64,000 nt of DNA from Trichormus sp. ATA11-4-KO1 (GCA_019358915.1 JAHHIM010000010.1:32001-96000); one strand, 5' to 3'; counted from the stretch's first letter, positions 19,880-31,462 are shown. Program-made: numbers and translations. Notes: generated by a model not told the origin, from the letters alone.

Positions 19880-21304
19880 TCATGATGTACTAACTTCGGT
19901 ACTTTGTTCCTCGGTCTGAGGTTCAGTTGTCTCTGACTCGACAAGTTCGGATTCTGTTTCCTCAGCAACACTCAAAGAGCCTTCGGGTACTAGTTCTACT
20001 GATGAGTGTTCTAGCAGCCAATCGATGATTTTTTCAGTTAACAGTTCGTTTTCCACCACTGATTGAAGTCTATCTTCATCAATGTCTTGGTCTGCGTACT
20101 GCTGCATCAGTTCTGTGACTTTGGCTTGAATTTCTGCGGGTGTGACCTCAATGGACTCGCGTTTGCTGACTTCCAGTAATCCCAAAGACCGTTTGAGGCG
20201 TTCAATAGCCTCATCGCGCGATCGCTCCCGCAATTGAGGAATAATATCTGGCGTAAACAACTTTCTCACATCCAATCCCTGCTGAGAAAGTCGCACGGCT
20301 GTTTGCGTCAGCATTGTGTCTATTTCTTTCTCAATCATGGTTTCTGGCAAGTCAACTTCCACGTATTTGAGCAGTTCGGCTAATAAGGCTTCCTGCTGGT
20401 TCGATTTAGTTTTTTCCTCAGCCTCTTTTTGATATCGCTCTTCTAGAGACGCACGCAGTTCATCTAAGGTGTCAAAGTCACTAACTTCCTGGGCAAAGTC
20501 ATCATTCAGTTCTGGGAGTTCTTTTTCCTTTAATTCCTTGAGCGTCACTGTGAAAGTTGCGGCTTTTCCAGCTAACTCTTCGTTGGCATAAGGATCTGGA
20601 AACTGAGCCGAAACCTCTCTGGTTTCTCCAGGATTCATCCCTACCATGCCAGAAACAAAGCCGGGAATAAACTTATCTTCTTGTAACTCGAGTTGAAAAT
20701 CTGTGGCTTCAGCTCCCGGAATTGGTGTTGGTTCGGCTGTTTCGTCTTCGCCTTCACCTTTTGCTAGTACACCTTTAAAATCAACTACGGCTACATCACC
20801 AATTTGGGCGGCGCGTCCTTCTACAGGAATCAGTGTGGCTAATTCTTCCCGTTCCTTCTCCAGGACTTCATCAATCCGACTAGAGTCGTACTTGATTTCC
20901 TCGGCTTTGGCTTGCAAACCTGTGTACTGCACCAGATTAACTTCTGGTTCTACATCTACCGCCGCCGCAAACGTCAGGGGTTTTCCTGGTTCATAATTAT
21001 TAATCAATTCCTCAAACGAAGTCCGCAATTGTGGCTGACCAATTGCCGGAATTTCTTCCTGTTTGAGTGCTTGCTCAACGCCATCTTGAATTAGTTCTTC
21101 CAACGCTGCGGCTTTGATTCGAGTTACGCCCAGGCGCTGTAGCAATATCTGCCGAGGCACCTTGCCTTTACGAAACCCAGGAATAGTTGTAGTACTTGCT
21201 AAGTTTTTAATTACCTGTTCGTAAGTTTGCTTGGTAATTTCTGGCGTAATCTCTATTTCCAGACCAATTTGGCTGGCGGGAAGTTTCTCCTGGGTAACTT
21301 TCAT
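19880..21304 (-). CDS. tig: Trigger factor
   Basis: IPGFRKGKVP signature, FKBP-type domain; upstream of clpP-clpX. Confidence 0.97.
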   Translation of the reverse strand: MKVTQEKLPASQIGLEIEITPEITKQTYEQVIKNLASTTTIPGFRKGKVPRQILLQRLGVTRIKAAALEELIQDGVEQALKQEEIPAIGQPQLRTSFEELINNYEPGKPLTFAAAVDVEPEVNLVQYTGLQAKAEEIKYDSSRIDEVLEKEREELATLIPVEGRAAQIGDVAVVDFKGVLAKGEGEDETAEPTPIPGAEATDFQLELQEDKFIPGFVSGMVGMNPGETREVSAQFPDPYANEELAGKAATFTVTLKELKEKELPELNDDFAQEVSDFDTLDELRASLEERYQKEAEEKTKSNQQEALLAELLKYVEVDLPETMIEKEIDTMLTQTAVRLSQQGLDVRKLFTPDIIPQLRERSRDEAIERLKRSLGLLEVSKRESIEVTPAEIQAKVTELMQQYADQDIDEDRLQSVVENELLTEKIIDWLLEHSSVELVPEGSLSVAEETESELVESETTEPQTEEQSTEVSTS

Positions 21305-21554
21305 GCTTCGTCTCTGTATTTCTGGTATTTTTGACTCCAAGTACGCACAAGAAGCGATTTACTGCTTCTGTGGATTGATTCCTCTTGGCTGAGGACGGGA
21401 GGTGCCCACACGTTATGTTTCAAAATCCCATATTATCTGGATGAGTGCCCTTTACGTAGATATCCAGTTTACGGCCAATAGCAAAGAACTTGATAATTTA
21501 CCGCAATAACTTTACCTCTTGAAACTCCAAATCATCAAATAATTTAAGTAGTCT

Positions 21555-21785
21555 CAAGGAGCCAGCAGCGTGAACATCACGCCACTTGTGGACTCTTCTG
21601 GCAGAGGAGATCCGCTAACCAGTCGGCAAAGTCTTTCGGTTCCCCGATTTGTAGACGCTGCTGCGGTGAGGGGGTCGCAGTCTTGGCGGTTCCCGTCGTT
21701 CGCGTAGCGTCTCCGAAGGAGTTTTGCGACCCCCCGAACCCGCAGGGCTGACCGCAGGGTGTGGACTGGCGTTGCTGAATACTGA
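21555..21785. repeat. Composite GC-rich palindromic repeat cluster ending in a GGCGTTGCTGAAT MITE end
   Basis: GGGGGTCGC...GCGACCCCC stem around an inner GTTCGCGTAGCG SDR; homologous to 17510-17560 and 37095-37145. Confidence 0.6.
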
Positions 21786-22377
21786 AAAAACTGCTAAACA
21801 TACCTATGCTGGGAATAATTTATCGCTCATAACTCAGCGTCTGCAAGGAAAGTTCAGATTTACAGGGCTAACAGCGTGATATCCTGGTTTTCAACCAGCA
21901 TTTCTTACTCCAATTATTTTACTGTTAGGTCTGTCCGCCTTGTAGAACTCACCTTAATTGTTGCTTCTTCACACAGATGCATTCTGTGGCTATGCTGGTG
22001 GCATCCCCTTTGAATCATAGTACATTCATCGTCTTGACCATCCACTTTACAGGTTAACTGTTTTTTGACTTTAAAACTTCGAGATTTATACATTAATTAA
22101 GTGTACGTAATCTATTTTTTCACTGGACATCGGGTTAATGTATAGTTTTGATATATACTTTTCTACATCTAGCGAAAAGTTTTATTAGCAGCAATGTTAT
22201 GAAATTACAATATCAGTTAACTTATGTAAACTAAAAAGTCAGCGCACCGTTTTAAGAAAACTCGACTAAAATTAAAAAAAATTTATTGAAAGTCTGCCAT
22301 TGCTATTTAAATAAATCAGCATAAGTTGTAAATTGTTACGAAAAAATGCACATAACCTCTTAAAGGAGGGAACCAAT

Positions 22378-23427
22378 TTGTCTAAATCCTATCGTGTAGC
22401 TATTTTGGGAGCGACTGGTGTTGTGGGCACAGAGTTGCTGGAATTATTAGAAAGCCGTAATTTTCCGGTTTCCGAATTAAAGTTGTTGGCATCAGAGAGA
22501 AGTTTAGGGCGATCGCTACAGTTTAAAGGTGAAAATTTACCAGTAGAACTAGTGAGCGATCGCGCCCTAGAAAATGTAGATTTAGTACTGGCTAGTGCAG
22601 GAAGTTCCACATCCAAAACTTGGGCAGCAGTTGCCGTAGAAAAGGGCGCAGTGGTAATAGATAATTCCAGTGCTTTTCGGATGAATCCGGAAGTTCCCTT
22701 AGTAGTGCCAGAGGTAAATCCCTCAGCAGCAGCTAACCATAAAGGTATTATCGCTAACCCTAACTGCACCACAATTTTGATGGCAGTGGCAGTCTGGCCA
22801 TTACATCAAGTTAGTCCAGTAAAACGTATTGTCGCCTCAACCTATCAATCGGCTAGTGGCGCTGGTGCCAAAGCAATGGCAGAAGTCAAAACCCAAGCCA
22901 GTGCTATTTTACAAGGACAGCAGCCAGTAGCCGAGGTCTTGCCTTACCCGTTGGCTTTTAACTTATTCCCACACAACTCTCCTCTCAACGATTGGGGATA
23001 CTGTGAGGAAGAAATGAAAATGGTCAACGAAACCCGCAAGATTTTCGACAACCAACAGATGAGAATCACAGCTACTTGTATACGGGTTCCCGTACTTCGT
23101 GCCCATTCAGAAGCAATTAATCTAGAATTAGAAAAACCATTTAGTCCAGATGTAGCAAGAGAAATATTAAGTCGCGCCCCTGGAGTAAAATTAGTAGAAG
23201 ATTGGAAAAATAATCATTTTCCCATGCCAATAGAAGCTACTGGCCAGGATGAAGTTTTAGTGGGCAGAATCCGTCAGGATATTTCTCATCCATGCGGCTT
23301 AGAACTATGGCTGTGCGGTGACCAAATCCGTAAAGGTGCAGCTTTAAATGCTGTACAAATTGCGGAATTATTGGTAGAAAAAAACCTACTTAATCCGTCA
23401 AAAGCTTGCGTTTCTAGTGAAAAATAA
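22378..23427 (+). CDS. asd: Aspartate-semialdehyde dehydrogenase
   Basis: GATGVVG, DNSSAFRM, NPNCTT, YQSASGAG, IRKGAALNAVQ. Confidence 0.97.
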   Translation: MSKSYRVAILGATGVVGTELLELLESRNFPVSELKLLASERSLGRSLQFKGENLPVELVSDRALENVDLVLASAGSSTSKTWAAVAVEKGAVVIDNSSAFRMNPEVPLVVPEVNPSAAANHKGIIANPNCTTILMAVAVWPLHQVSPVKRIVASTYQSASGAGAKAMAEVKTQASAILQGQQPVAEVLPYPLAFNLFPHNSPLNDWGYCEEEMKMVNETRKIFDNQQMRITATCIRVPVLRAHSEAINLELEKPFSPDVAREILSRAPGVKLVEDWKNNHFPMPIEATGQDEVLVGRIRQDISHPCGLELWLCGDQIRKGAALNAVQIAELLVEKNLLNPSKACVSSEK

Positions 23428-23582
23428 GAGCAAATTAGATTTCAGGCATTTTTCACTCGTAAGGCATAAAAAATTAATCTGCATGTGTGAACTACGCTTG
23501 AAAGAAATTGGTAAATAGGTTATCAAAATAGAAAACCACCAAAACATAAAAAACCAAGAGGGTAATCAGGAGTGAAAACAGG

Positions 23583-24467
23583 GTGGGAGAATTTGGCAGA
23601 GTTTTAACCGCTATGATTACGCCGTTCAAAGCAGACGGTAGTGTAAACTATGATGTAGCGGCAGAACTAGCAGCACATCTAGCTAACAACGGCACAGATA
23701 CATTAGTGGTATGTGGTACGACAGGTGAATCTCCTACCCTCAGTTGGGAGGAAGAATATCAGTTGTTCGTGGAAGTATTGCAGGCCGTGGCAGGAAAAGC
23801 CAAGGTAATAGCAGGATGTGGTTCTAATTCCACCAAAGAAGCGATCGCAGCAACCGAAAAAGCAGCTAAAATAGGAGTACATGGTTCCTTACAAGTTGTA
23901 CCTTATTACAACAAACCGCCCCAAGCGGGTCTCTACCAGCATTTTCAAGCGATAGCTCAAGCCTGTCCCGAGCTACCGTTGTTGTTATACAATGTTCCCG
24001 GACGTACAGGTCAAAACCTCAGTCCAGACACTGTTGCCCGGTTAGCACAAATTAACAATATTGTTGGGATAAAAGAAGCTAGCGGAAATTTAGACCAGGC
24101 AAGTGAAATACGTCGCTTGACATCAAAAGAATTTCAAATTTATTCTGGTGATGATTCCTTAACCCTGCCCTTGTTAGCGATTGGGGCAAAAGGGGTAGTT
24201 AGTGTAGCATCTCATCTGGTAGGAAACCAACTACAGCAGATGATTCAAGCTTTTATTGCCGGGAAAATTGAAGTTGCCAGCGAAATTCATCTCCAATTAT
24301 TTCCCTTGTTTAAAGCTTTATTTTTAACTACAAATCCCATTCCAGTTAAAAAAGCGCTGATGCTTAAAGGTTGGCAGGTCGGTTCAACTCGTCTACCGCT
24401 ATATGAAGCTGACTCAGAGGTCAGCGACAAGTTAAAGACGGTTCTAGCAGAACTCCATTTAATCTAG
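23583..24467 (+). CDS. dapA: 4-hydroxy-tetrahydrodipicolinate synthase
   Basis: [26 protein letters not shown]. Confidence 0.98.
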   Translation: MGEFGRVLTAMITPFKADGSVNYDVAAELAAHLANNGTDTLVVCGTTGESPTLSWEEEYQLFVEVLQAVAGKAKVIAGCGSNSTKEAIAATEKAAKIGVHGSLQVVPYYNKPPQAGLYQHFQAIAQACPELPLLLYNVPGRTGQNLSPDTVARLAQINNIVGIKEASGNLDQASEIRRLTSKEFQIYSGDDSLTLPLLAIGAKGVVSVASHLVGNQLQQMIQAFIAGKIEVASEIHLQLFPLFKALFLTTNPIPVKKALMLKGWQVGSTRLPLYEADSEVSDKLKTVLAELHLI

Positions 24468-24750
24468 ATAGCAAGCAACTTGTTGAACGCGGACTAACTG
24501 ATGGTTGCTAAAGATGCACATCAACAACAAGCATAATGTTAACCAGTTTGTACTTTAAATAGCTGTGCTAAGACTGTCATAGATATTATGTTAAATCTCT
24601 CAATGTCAATTCGATTTTATTGAACAAACAACTGAAAATCCGAATTAAAATTTAGCTGCTTTCACATAGAAAGCTAGTATTTTCTTTCATACAAGATCGC
24701 TAAATTTGAATTTATTAACACTAGAAAACAAACAACAATCTCAGGAGAAA

Positions 24751-26523
24751 ATGGTAAAAAACGAAACTAATTCTGCCCTCAAAATTATTCCGTTGGGCGG
24801 GTTGCATGAAATTGGCAAAAACACCTGTGTTTTTGAATACGAAGACGAAATTATTTTATTAGATGCCGGATTAGCTTTTCCGACAAAGGGAATGCTGGGG
24901 GTAAATATTGTCCTGCCAGATATGACCTATCTCCGGGAAAATCGTCACAAAATTAAAGGCATGGTTGTGACCCACGGTCACGAAGACCATATTGGCGGCA
25001 TTGCTTTTCACCTGAAGCAATTTGAAATCCCTGTGATTTATGGGCCTAGACTAGCAATGGCCATGCTAGAGGGTAAATTAGAAGAAGCAGGGGTACGCGA
25101 TCGCACCGAGTTAAGATCTGTCACACCCCGGGATGTAGTAAGGATTGGCCAACATTTCTTTGTAGAATACATCCGCAATACTCACTCAATGGCTGATAGC
25201 TTTACTGTGGCTATCCATACGCCTCTGGGTGTAGTTATCCACACAGGTGATTTTAAAATTGACCATACACCTGTAGATGGTGAAAAATTTGATTTGCAAA
25301 GGCTAGCAGAACACGGTGAACGAGGTGTACTTTGCTTATTAAGCGATTCCACCAATTCAGAAGTGCCGGGATTCACTCCTTCAGAACGTTCAGTTTACCC
25401 CAATCTTGACCGGGTATTCGGTCAAGCCACTGGACGATTATTTGTCACCACCTTTGCTTCCAGCGTGCATCGTATCAACATGATTTTGCAACTGGCACAG
25501 AAACATAACCGTGTAGTCTCGGTTGTGGGTCGTTCCATGTTGAATTTAATTGCTCATGCCCGTAATCTGGGTTACATCAAGTGTGATGATAGTGTCTTCC
25601 AACCATTGCACGCAGTCCGGAACATGCCTGATGAGAAAGTACTGATATTAACTACAGGCTCTCAGGGTGAGACGATGGCAGCCATGACCCGCATTGCTAA
25701 CAAGGAACACCCCCACATCAAAATTCGCCAAGGAGATACGGTAGTATTCTCCGCTAACCCAATTCCCGGCAATACCATCGCTGTGGTTAACACCATCGAT
25801 AAGTTGATGATTCAGGGAGCAAATGTAGTCTATGGTCGAGATAAAGGGATTCACGTCTCTGGTCATGGCTGTCAGGAAGAGCAAAAATTGATGATTGCTT
25901 TAACGCGTCCTAAGTTCTTTGTGCCTGTTCACGGCGAACATCGGATGTTAGTGAAGCACTCACAAACAGCTCAGAGTATGGGCATCCCGGCCGAAAACAT
26001 GGTACTCATCCAGAATGGGGATGTGATAGAACTGACTGAAGACGCTATCCGTGTTGCAGGTAAAGTGCCATCTGGCATCGAACTTGTGGATACTACAAGC
26101 TCTGGCATGGTAAGCGCCAAAGTCTTGCAAGAAAGGCAACGCATGGCAGAAGAAGGTCTGGTCACCATCGCGGCGGCTATTGATTGGAATGGTAAACTCA
26201 TGGCCAAACCAGAAATACATATGCGGGGTGTGGTTACCAGTGTAGAGCGATCGCTTGTACAAAAGTGGGTACAACAGCGCATTGAGGAAATGCTCAGCGT
26301 GCGTTGGACAGAATTTGCCCAGCCCAGTGAAGGTGAGAGAACAGAGGTAGACTGGGGTGGATTGCAAGGTACTTTAGAGCGGGAATTGCAACGCTCCATC
26401 CGCCGAGAACTACAATGTCAACCAACGGTGACTTTGTTGATGCAAATTCCTGAAGAACCACCTGTGAAGGTTGCTGATGGTAGAAGACGACGCACTCGTA
26501 CTACCGCTCAGGTGGCATCCTAA
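24751..26523 (+). CDS. rnj: Ribonuclease J
   Basis: LGGLHEIGKN, HGHEDH, HTGDFK, HVSGH, PVHGE. Confidence 0.97.
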   Translation: MVKNETNSALKIIPLGGLHEIGKNTCVFEYEDEIILLDAGLAFPTKGMLGVNIVLPDMTYLRENRHKIKGMVVTHGHEDHIGGIAFHLKQFEIPVIYGPRLAMAMLEGKLEEAGVRDRTELRSVTPRDVVRIGQHFFVEYIRNTHSMADSFTVAIHTPLGVVIHTGDFKIDHTPVDGEKFDLQRLAEHGERGVLCLLSDSTNSEVPGFTPSERSVYPNLDRVFGQATGRLFVTTFASSVHRINMILQLAQKHNRVVSVVGRSMLNLIAHARNLGYIKCDDSVFQPLHAVRNMPDEKVLILTTGSQGETMAAMTRIANKEHPHIKIRQGDTVVFSANPIPGNTIAVVNTIDKLMIQGANVVYGRDKGIHVSGHGCQEEQKLMIALTRPKFFVPVHGEHRMLVKHSQTAQSMGIPAENMVLIQNGDVIELTEDAIRVAGKVPSGIELVDTTSSGMVSAKVLQERQRMAEEGLVTIAAAIDWNGKLMAKPEIHMRGVVTSVERSLVQKWVQQRIEEMLSVRWTEFAQPSEGERTEVDWGGLQGTLERELQRSIRRELQCQPTVTLLMQIPEEPPVKVADGRRRRTRTTAQVAS

Positions 26524-26564
26524 TCACCAATCACTGTCACCCTTGAGGGTGCAGCCATACTAAC

Positions 26565-26590
26565 AAAGCCTGCCTATGCAGGCTTTTTTT
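26565..26590 (+). terminator. Rho-independent terminator after rnj
   Basis: AAAGCCTGC-CTAT-GCAGGCTTT followed by a T-run. Confidence 0.7.
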
Positions 26591-26704
26591 AGTTACCGGA
26601 TTTTTGTGAACGTTCGCGTAGCGTGCGCGCAGCGCATACCACAGAGGCGCAGAGAACACAGAGTTAGAGAAAAAATAAATAATTTACACTTTGTCAAAGT
26701 TCCT

Positions 26705-27901
26705 TCACCTCACCCAGAGATATACTAGAGATAGAGTACAAACCGTTAGTGGTACTCCAAAACGTAGATGCTCCCAAAAAGTTAGCCTGTAACCTAACTC
26801 AGCAGTAGCTTCTACAACGATTAGATTGGCAACTGCACCAAATAAAGTCAAATTGCCTGCTAGGGTCGATGATGCTGCGAGTAACAGCCATAACTGCTGA
26901 TTATCTCTAGGAATTAGGGGTTCAAGTAATAGTACGGTAGGAACATTAGAAATTATATTAGACAAAATAGCCGTGATTCCTACTAGACCAGCCGGTGAAC
27001 TGACTATATGAGTAAATGGCTCTAGCAAATTCAAATTCTGGATAACTCTAGTTAATATAAACAGTCCAGAAAACATCAGCAGCAGATTCCCATCTACTTT
27101 GTTCAGGATGCGCTGTGGTTTTAGCCGCCGAGTGATTAGTAACAAACTCGCAGCTACCAAGGCGGACTCGGCTAATGGCAAGCCCACTGCAAAAGCAATC
27201 AACAACCCGATAATGATGACTAAGGTTTTATTAAATAAAGGTCTGAAGATGCGTTCTTTACTAGTGGGTAATAACTGACAAGGTCGAGTTGAGCGCACAT
27301 CTGGATAGAGTAACCATAGTAGTCCTATTTGAATTATTAAGCCAGTTACGGCTACTGGCGCTAATGCTTGGGAAAAATCTAAGTAGGATATGCCGGAAAA
27401 AGAACCAATGAGAATGTTTTGGGGATTACCGCTTAAGGTAGCAACAGAGCCTATATTAGTTGCAGCCGCGATCGCTAGTAAATAAGGGATGGGATTTAAG
27501 CCTACAGTTTGAGTCAAGCTCAAGGTCAAGGGTGTAAAAATCAGCGCCAGAGTGTCATTCAGAAAAAAGGCAGACAGAATAGCACTACCAAAAGTTAAGG
27601 TAATCAACAAGCCTAGAGGACTGCGAGTCAGACTTAAAAGTATTAATAGCGATCGCTGAAAAAAACCTGCATAAAATAGGTTGGCGTTCACTACCATCAT
27701 ACTCAACAAAAACACAATGGTCTTGGCATCAATCGCCTGCCATGCTTCCTGTAAATTCAATGCCCCCAGCGCAATTAAAAAAGCAGAGCCAACTAAGGCA
27801 ATAGTGGCACGGTTCATCCGTAAACCAGGAATGTAACCTAATGCCAAACCTAGGTAAGTCAGCCCTAACACTCCATAAATTGCCAATTGGAGAAAAATCA
27901 C
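26705..27901 (-). CDS. ArsB/NhaD/CitMHS-type anion transporter
   Basis: FFLND, ATNIGS...SGNPQN, ISNVP, TLAGN; many TM helices. Confidence 0.9.
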   Translation of the reverse strand: MIFLQLAIYGVLGLTYLGLALGYIPGLRMNRATIALVGSAFLIALGALNLQEAWQAIDAKTIVFLLSMMVVNANLFYAGFFQRSLLILLSLTRSPLGLLITLTFGSAILSAFFLNDTLALIFTPLTLSLTQTVGLNPIPYLLAIAAATNIGSVATLSGNPQNILIGSFSGISYLDFSQALAPVAVTGLIIQIGLLWLLYPDVRSTRPCQLLPTSKERIFRPLFNKTLVIIIGLLIAFAVGLPLAESALVAASLLLITRRLKPQRILNKVDGNLLLMFSGLFILTRVIQNLNLLEPFTHIVSSPAGLVGITAILSNIISNVPTVLLLEPLIPRDNQQLWLLLAASSTLAGNLTLFGAVANLIVVEATAELGYRLTFWEHLRFGVPLTVCTLSLVYLWVR

Positions 27902-28316
27902 TTTCTGTTTCCAGCCATTACGAGTAGCGCTGTCTGAGTCAAAGCCACCTGACTTCTACGACATGCAACCACCAAAACCACTATTTTCATTGCTGATATT
28001 TATACCTAGCAAAAATAACCGCAGGATTTGCTTATATTAAGCTTTGTAACAATTACACTAAAACCTGTCCAATGACAGATGTCTTTATTAAAATTTAAAC
28101 TGTGTCAAGTTATGAATAAGATTACATTATTACACTACCGATCCCGCGAAAATTGCGATTAACTTGACGTAGTAATAAGTCGGATTCTGACCTAAGTGGC
28201 TACTGTAACACCCTATTGTAACTCAGTCAGGAAACGATTTCTCCGGGAAAGGTTGTTGCCACGTTGTATATATTCATCAGAAAGGTGAATAACCTCATTA
28301 ATACAGAGGATTAATC

Positions 28317-28694
28317 ATGAAGGTATTTGATAATACCACAAAAAAGATTTTTCTAGCAAGCTGGGTATCAATTAATCAAGCCGAGACTAGTAAAGCTCAA
28401 GCAACCCAGTTACGCCATTCAACTGCCAAGTCTTATTGTGATATTCTCCAACCCCTGCGGCAGAAGGTAGAAAGTATTCAAGTCCGCGATCGCCAACTAG
28501 CTCACCGTTTGTGTAAACTCATTCCTGCTCAATGTCCCTTTGAGCGTGATGTTAAATTCTTCGGGAAAACCCTGTTTCATATTCCGCCTATGTGTAAACT
28601 CAATCCTTTATATGAAGAAGTGGTTGGTTTACGTTTTCGAGCGATGTGCTTCCTTGCTGATGAATGTGGTGAGGATATATCGCAGTACTGCTAA
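28317..28694 (+). CDS. Mo-dependent nitrogenase C-terminal domain protein
   Basis: LIPAQCPFERD...IPPMCKLNPLYEE...LRFRA...YC. Confidence 0.9.
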   Translation: MKVFDNTTKKIFLASWVSINQAETSKAQATQLRHSTAKSYCDILQPLRQKVESIQVRDRQLAHRLCKLIPAQCPFERDVKFFGKTLFHIPPMCKLNPLYEEVVGLRFRAMCFLADECGEDISQYC

Positions 28695-28762
28695 TTATGA
28701 GTGCTGAGTGCTGAGTGCTGAGTAAAAAGAGTTAGGAGTTAATTATCGACTCCTAACTCTTT

Positions 28763-30748
28763 TTAATTTTTAGCTTTTCTAGCCTGCCATTTTTGGATGG
28801 CTTCTTGAGCATCTTCGTAAACTGCCGTTACCTCAGGGACTAAAGTAGCCGTTTCAATTGCCGCTTTGATGTTGCCTTGATCTGCTCGATTTTTGGCCAA
28901 CTCTAAAATTTTTTCACTCCATTGATTAATGGATTGTTGAGCCATATCGAAACCTGGTTGACCTGCTGGTACTCTCTTAGCGACTTCTATAGCTCGATTA
29001 TATGTTGATGCTTGTCCGGGTCTAATTAAGGACTTAGCTGCATCTAAAACGGTTTTATTACCCACAAATTGTTTAGCCTCTAATTGCCATTGCTGAATTG
29101 CTGCTTGTGCCTGGGGATAAAGGTCTTGGTCTGGAGAAACTAATTTAGCGGCAGCGATGGCATTTGTATATTGTTTTTGCTTGGCACGACCCTCTGCTAA
29201 ATCAAGGATCATGCGAGTCCAAATTTTAATATTTTCCTGAGCTTGTTCATAGAGTGGTTCATCTGGTTGAATTTTGCGCGCAGTGGCGATCGCCAAGCTG
29301 AGATCGCTAGCTTGAGTTTGTCTCAGAGACATTTTTGCTAGGTCTAACACTGCTTGACTCCGCTTTCTCGACTCAGAAAGAGAGGCTAGTTGGGCACTAG
29401 ATGGGTTGGTTGCTGGAGGAGTTATGGGAGATGTCTCTGAGGTAGAGCGAGTGTTTGACTCAGGGGTAGTAGTGGGTGATGCGGGTGATATTTGTTTGAC
29501 TTGCAAAAATCTCGCCTGATTACGGAGAACAATGACAGCAATTAAAGCTACTACCAACATAGTGCCACCACCCCAAAGTAAAAACTGTTTCCACAGTGGG
29601 TTGTTGGCTTTATTCTGAGGCAAGCTAGAAATGTAGGGTGGAGGATTATTGGGGATGAACCTACCTCCTGTAACTGTTTCCTGGAAAGGTGTGAGTGGTT
29701 GGGGTTGTTGATTGAAGTACTGTTCTTTGGCGACTATATCAGTAGCCACACCAGAAAATTTTGGTTGTTCTAAATTACCGGAATTTGCTGTGAAGTTGGG
29801 CAAGTTCAACTGCTGAGACCTATTACCGAGGGTGGTTTCTATTCCTGGCGCTTCTTCCCAGATGCTCGTTTTTTGCGACTTAGGCGAACTCATTGGGGGT
29901 TTTGCGCCTACAGAAGGTGCAGCAAGTGCCACAGCAAAAGTTTCGTCTGGAAAAATTACTGGTTCTGCGGCACTAGGTTCTATAGTGCTGGGAACTTCTT
30001 TGCTGTTGCTTTGCTCTGCCAATTGCGGCAAAATTGCCTTTTGATGCGCTGGGAATATTGTTATCGGGTTTTGTGTGGGACGCCAGTAGTGTTGACATAA
30101 TTCTGGGGTGAGAACGCTCAAATAGCTTTCTAAATCAGTCAGACTACCAGCATTACCAGAACGTAAAGCCTCTAATAATGCTGCTGTAAAGAATCCGTGA
30201 CCTAGTTCGCTACTTTCGTGAGAGAATTGCTCTGGTTGGCAAGAAAGAATTGTAGCAATTTGAAGTTCTTCAGCCAGTTCTATGGTTTCTTGTCCCACAG
30301 GAGCATCTGCTTGAGTACCAAAAGCACGGTTGATATCAAGCAGCAGTAATGTATTTAGTTCAGCCAGTTGCAGACTTTGCATGAGCGATCGCACTTCTAT
30401 GCCAGTCTCATGTACTAACTCAGGATTTCCTGCTACTGGCATCAAGTAATCTTTGCCGTCATGGTTGACCCCATAACCGCTAAAGAATAACCACAGATGA
30501 TCTTGTGGTTGCCAACAAGCTGCTGTCAAATCCTCCAACAACAACAGAATATTTTCCTTAGTTGGATAAGTTGATCTATCTCCAATTGGTGGTGAAGAAT
30601 CTGTCATCAATAGACAGCGTTGCCGTGTAAAACCTCCTTCTTGAATCAAAAAATCCTTTAGCACCTCAGCATCTGCTTGGGCACAACGTAAAGGTTGAAA
30701 TAACTGATATTGATTGATGCCAATTGCGATCGCCCAGTAATTTGCCAT
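28763..30748 (-). CDS. Membrane-anchored pseudo-orthocaspase (peptidase C14, His/Cys dyad replaced by Tyr/Asn)
   Basis: AIAIGINQY, FFSGYG, LLDIN, HGFFT; one TM helix; C-terminal helical repeats ending in W. Confidence 0.88.
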   Translation of the reverse strand: MANYWAIAIGINQYQLFQPLRCAQADAEVLKDFLIQEGGFTRQRCLLMTDSSPPIGDRSTYPTKENILLLLEDLTAACWQPQDHLWLFFSGYGVNHDGKDYLMPVAGNPELVHETGIEVRSLMQSLQLAELNTLLLLDINRAFGTQADAPVGQETIELAEELQIATILSCQPEQFSHESSELGHGFFTAALLEALRSGNAGSLTDLESYLSVLTPELCQHYWRPTQNPITIFPAHQKAILPQLAEQSNSKEVPSTIEPSAAEPVIFPDETFAVALAAPSVGAKPPMSSPKSQKTSIWEEAPGIETTLGNRSQQLNLPNFTANSGNLEQPKFSGVATDIVAKEQYFNQQPQPLTPFQETVTGGRFIPNNPPPYISSLPQNKANNPLWKQFLLWGGGTMLVVALIAVIVLRNQARFLQVKQISPASPTTTPESNTRSTSETSPITPPATNPSSAQLASLSESRKRSQAVLDLAKMSLRQTQASDLSLAIATARKIQPDEPLYEQAQENIKIWTRMILDLAEGRAKQKQYTNAIAAAKLVSPDQDLYPQAQAAIQQWQLEAKQFVGNKTVLDAAKSLIRPGQASTYNRAIEVAKRVPAGQPGFDMAQQSINQWSEKILELAKNRADQGNIKAAIETATLVPEVTAVYEDAQEAIQKWQARKAKN

Positions 30749-30946
30749 CCCGCTCTTTGTAGGTTGTTGTATGTTTGCCTAAAATTGCGGTTGGCTTTGC
30801 TGAAAAAACAAAGCTAACCTATGTCTTATGGCCTAGGAAATTCTGATCAAGCTACTGTGTTTTAAGTTAAATTAGTTACATTATTCCTAGCAAAATTGCT
30901 TACAAAAAAATTCAATTACTAATCATCAGGAAGGAGCTATCAGGTT

Positions 30947-31462
30947 ATGACCAAGAGTATTGCTTATCAACCATCATCGATCATCCCCTTTCCAGTTATT
31001 GGCCAAATTGGCACAAAGATCCGGATATTTCCATTAATTATTTTACTTTTCTCGCCAGTTTCCTTGTGGATAATGACAGAAACACTCGCACCCCAGATAG
31101 TTCGCGCTTATACCGCCAGAGTTGACCTGAGCATAGACCGAATGGAAGATGAAACTTACGAAACCATACTGCGAAGAGCAGAAGCAGTTGCCAGAGCAGC
31201 CGCTCAACGTAGCTTCGACCAAGATATTTTAGTAACAGATGTTTCTATTATTGTTTCCGTACAAAGTTATGGCGCGATCGCACCAATTTTGTCTTTAGAT
31301 GTTAGTCGCCAGCAATGGCGTACACGCCCCGATGCTCAACGTTGGGCAACTTACTTTAAAACTGCGCGATCGCTATTATTCTTTGATCAACAGCCAATAA
31401 CCTCCAATGTAGGTCAAGCAGCTACTATCATTCCTCCAGCCGCCAATCCCGCAAAAGAGTGA
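30947..31462 (+). CDS. Conserved cyanobacterial hypothetical (exported) protein
   Basis: Hydrophobic N-region; RRAEAVARAAAQRSFDQDILVT...VSRQQW. Confidence 0.7.
   Translation: MTKSIAYQPSSIIPFPVIGQIGTKIRIFPLIILLFSPVSLWIMTETLAPQIVRAYTARVDLSIDRMEDETYETILRRAEAVARAAAQRSFDQDILVTDVSIIVSVQSYGAIAPILSLDVSRQQWRTRPDAQRWATYFKTARSLLFFDQQPITSNVGQAATIIPPAANPAKE

Noticed and set aside
21577..21801. Short ORFs over GC-rich intergenic patches (also 13515-13712, 31376-31561, 48242-48706)
   Set aside because: They coincide with SDR/STRR repeats and have no protein-like features.
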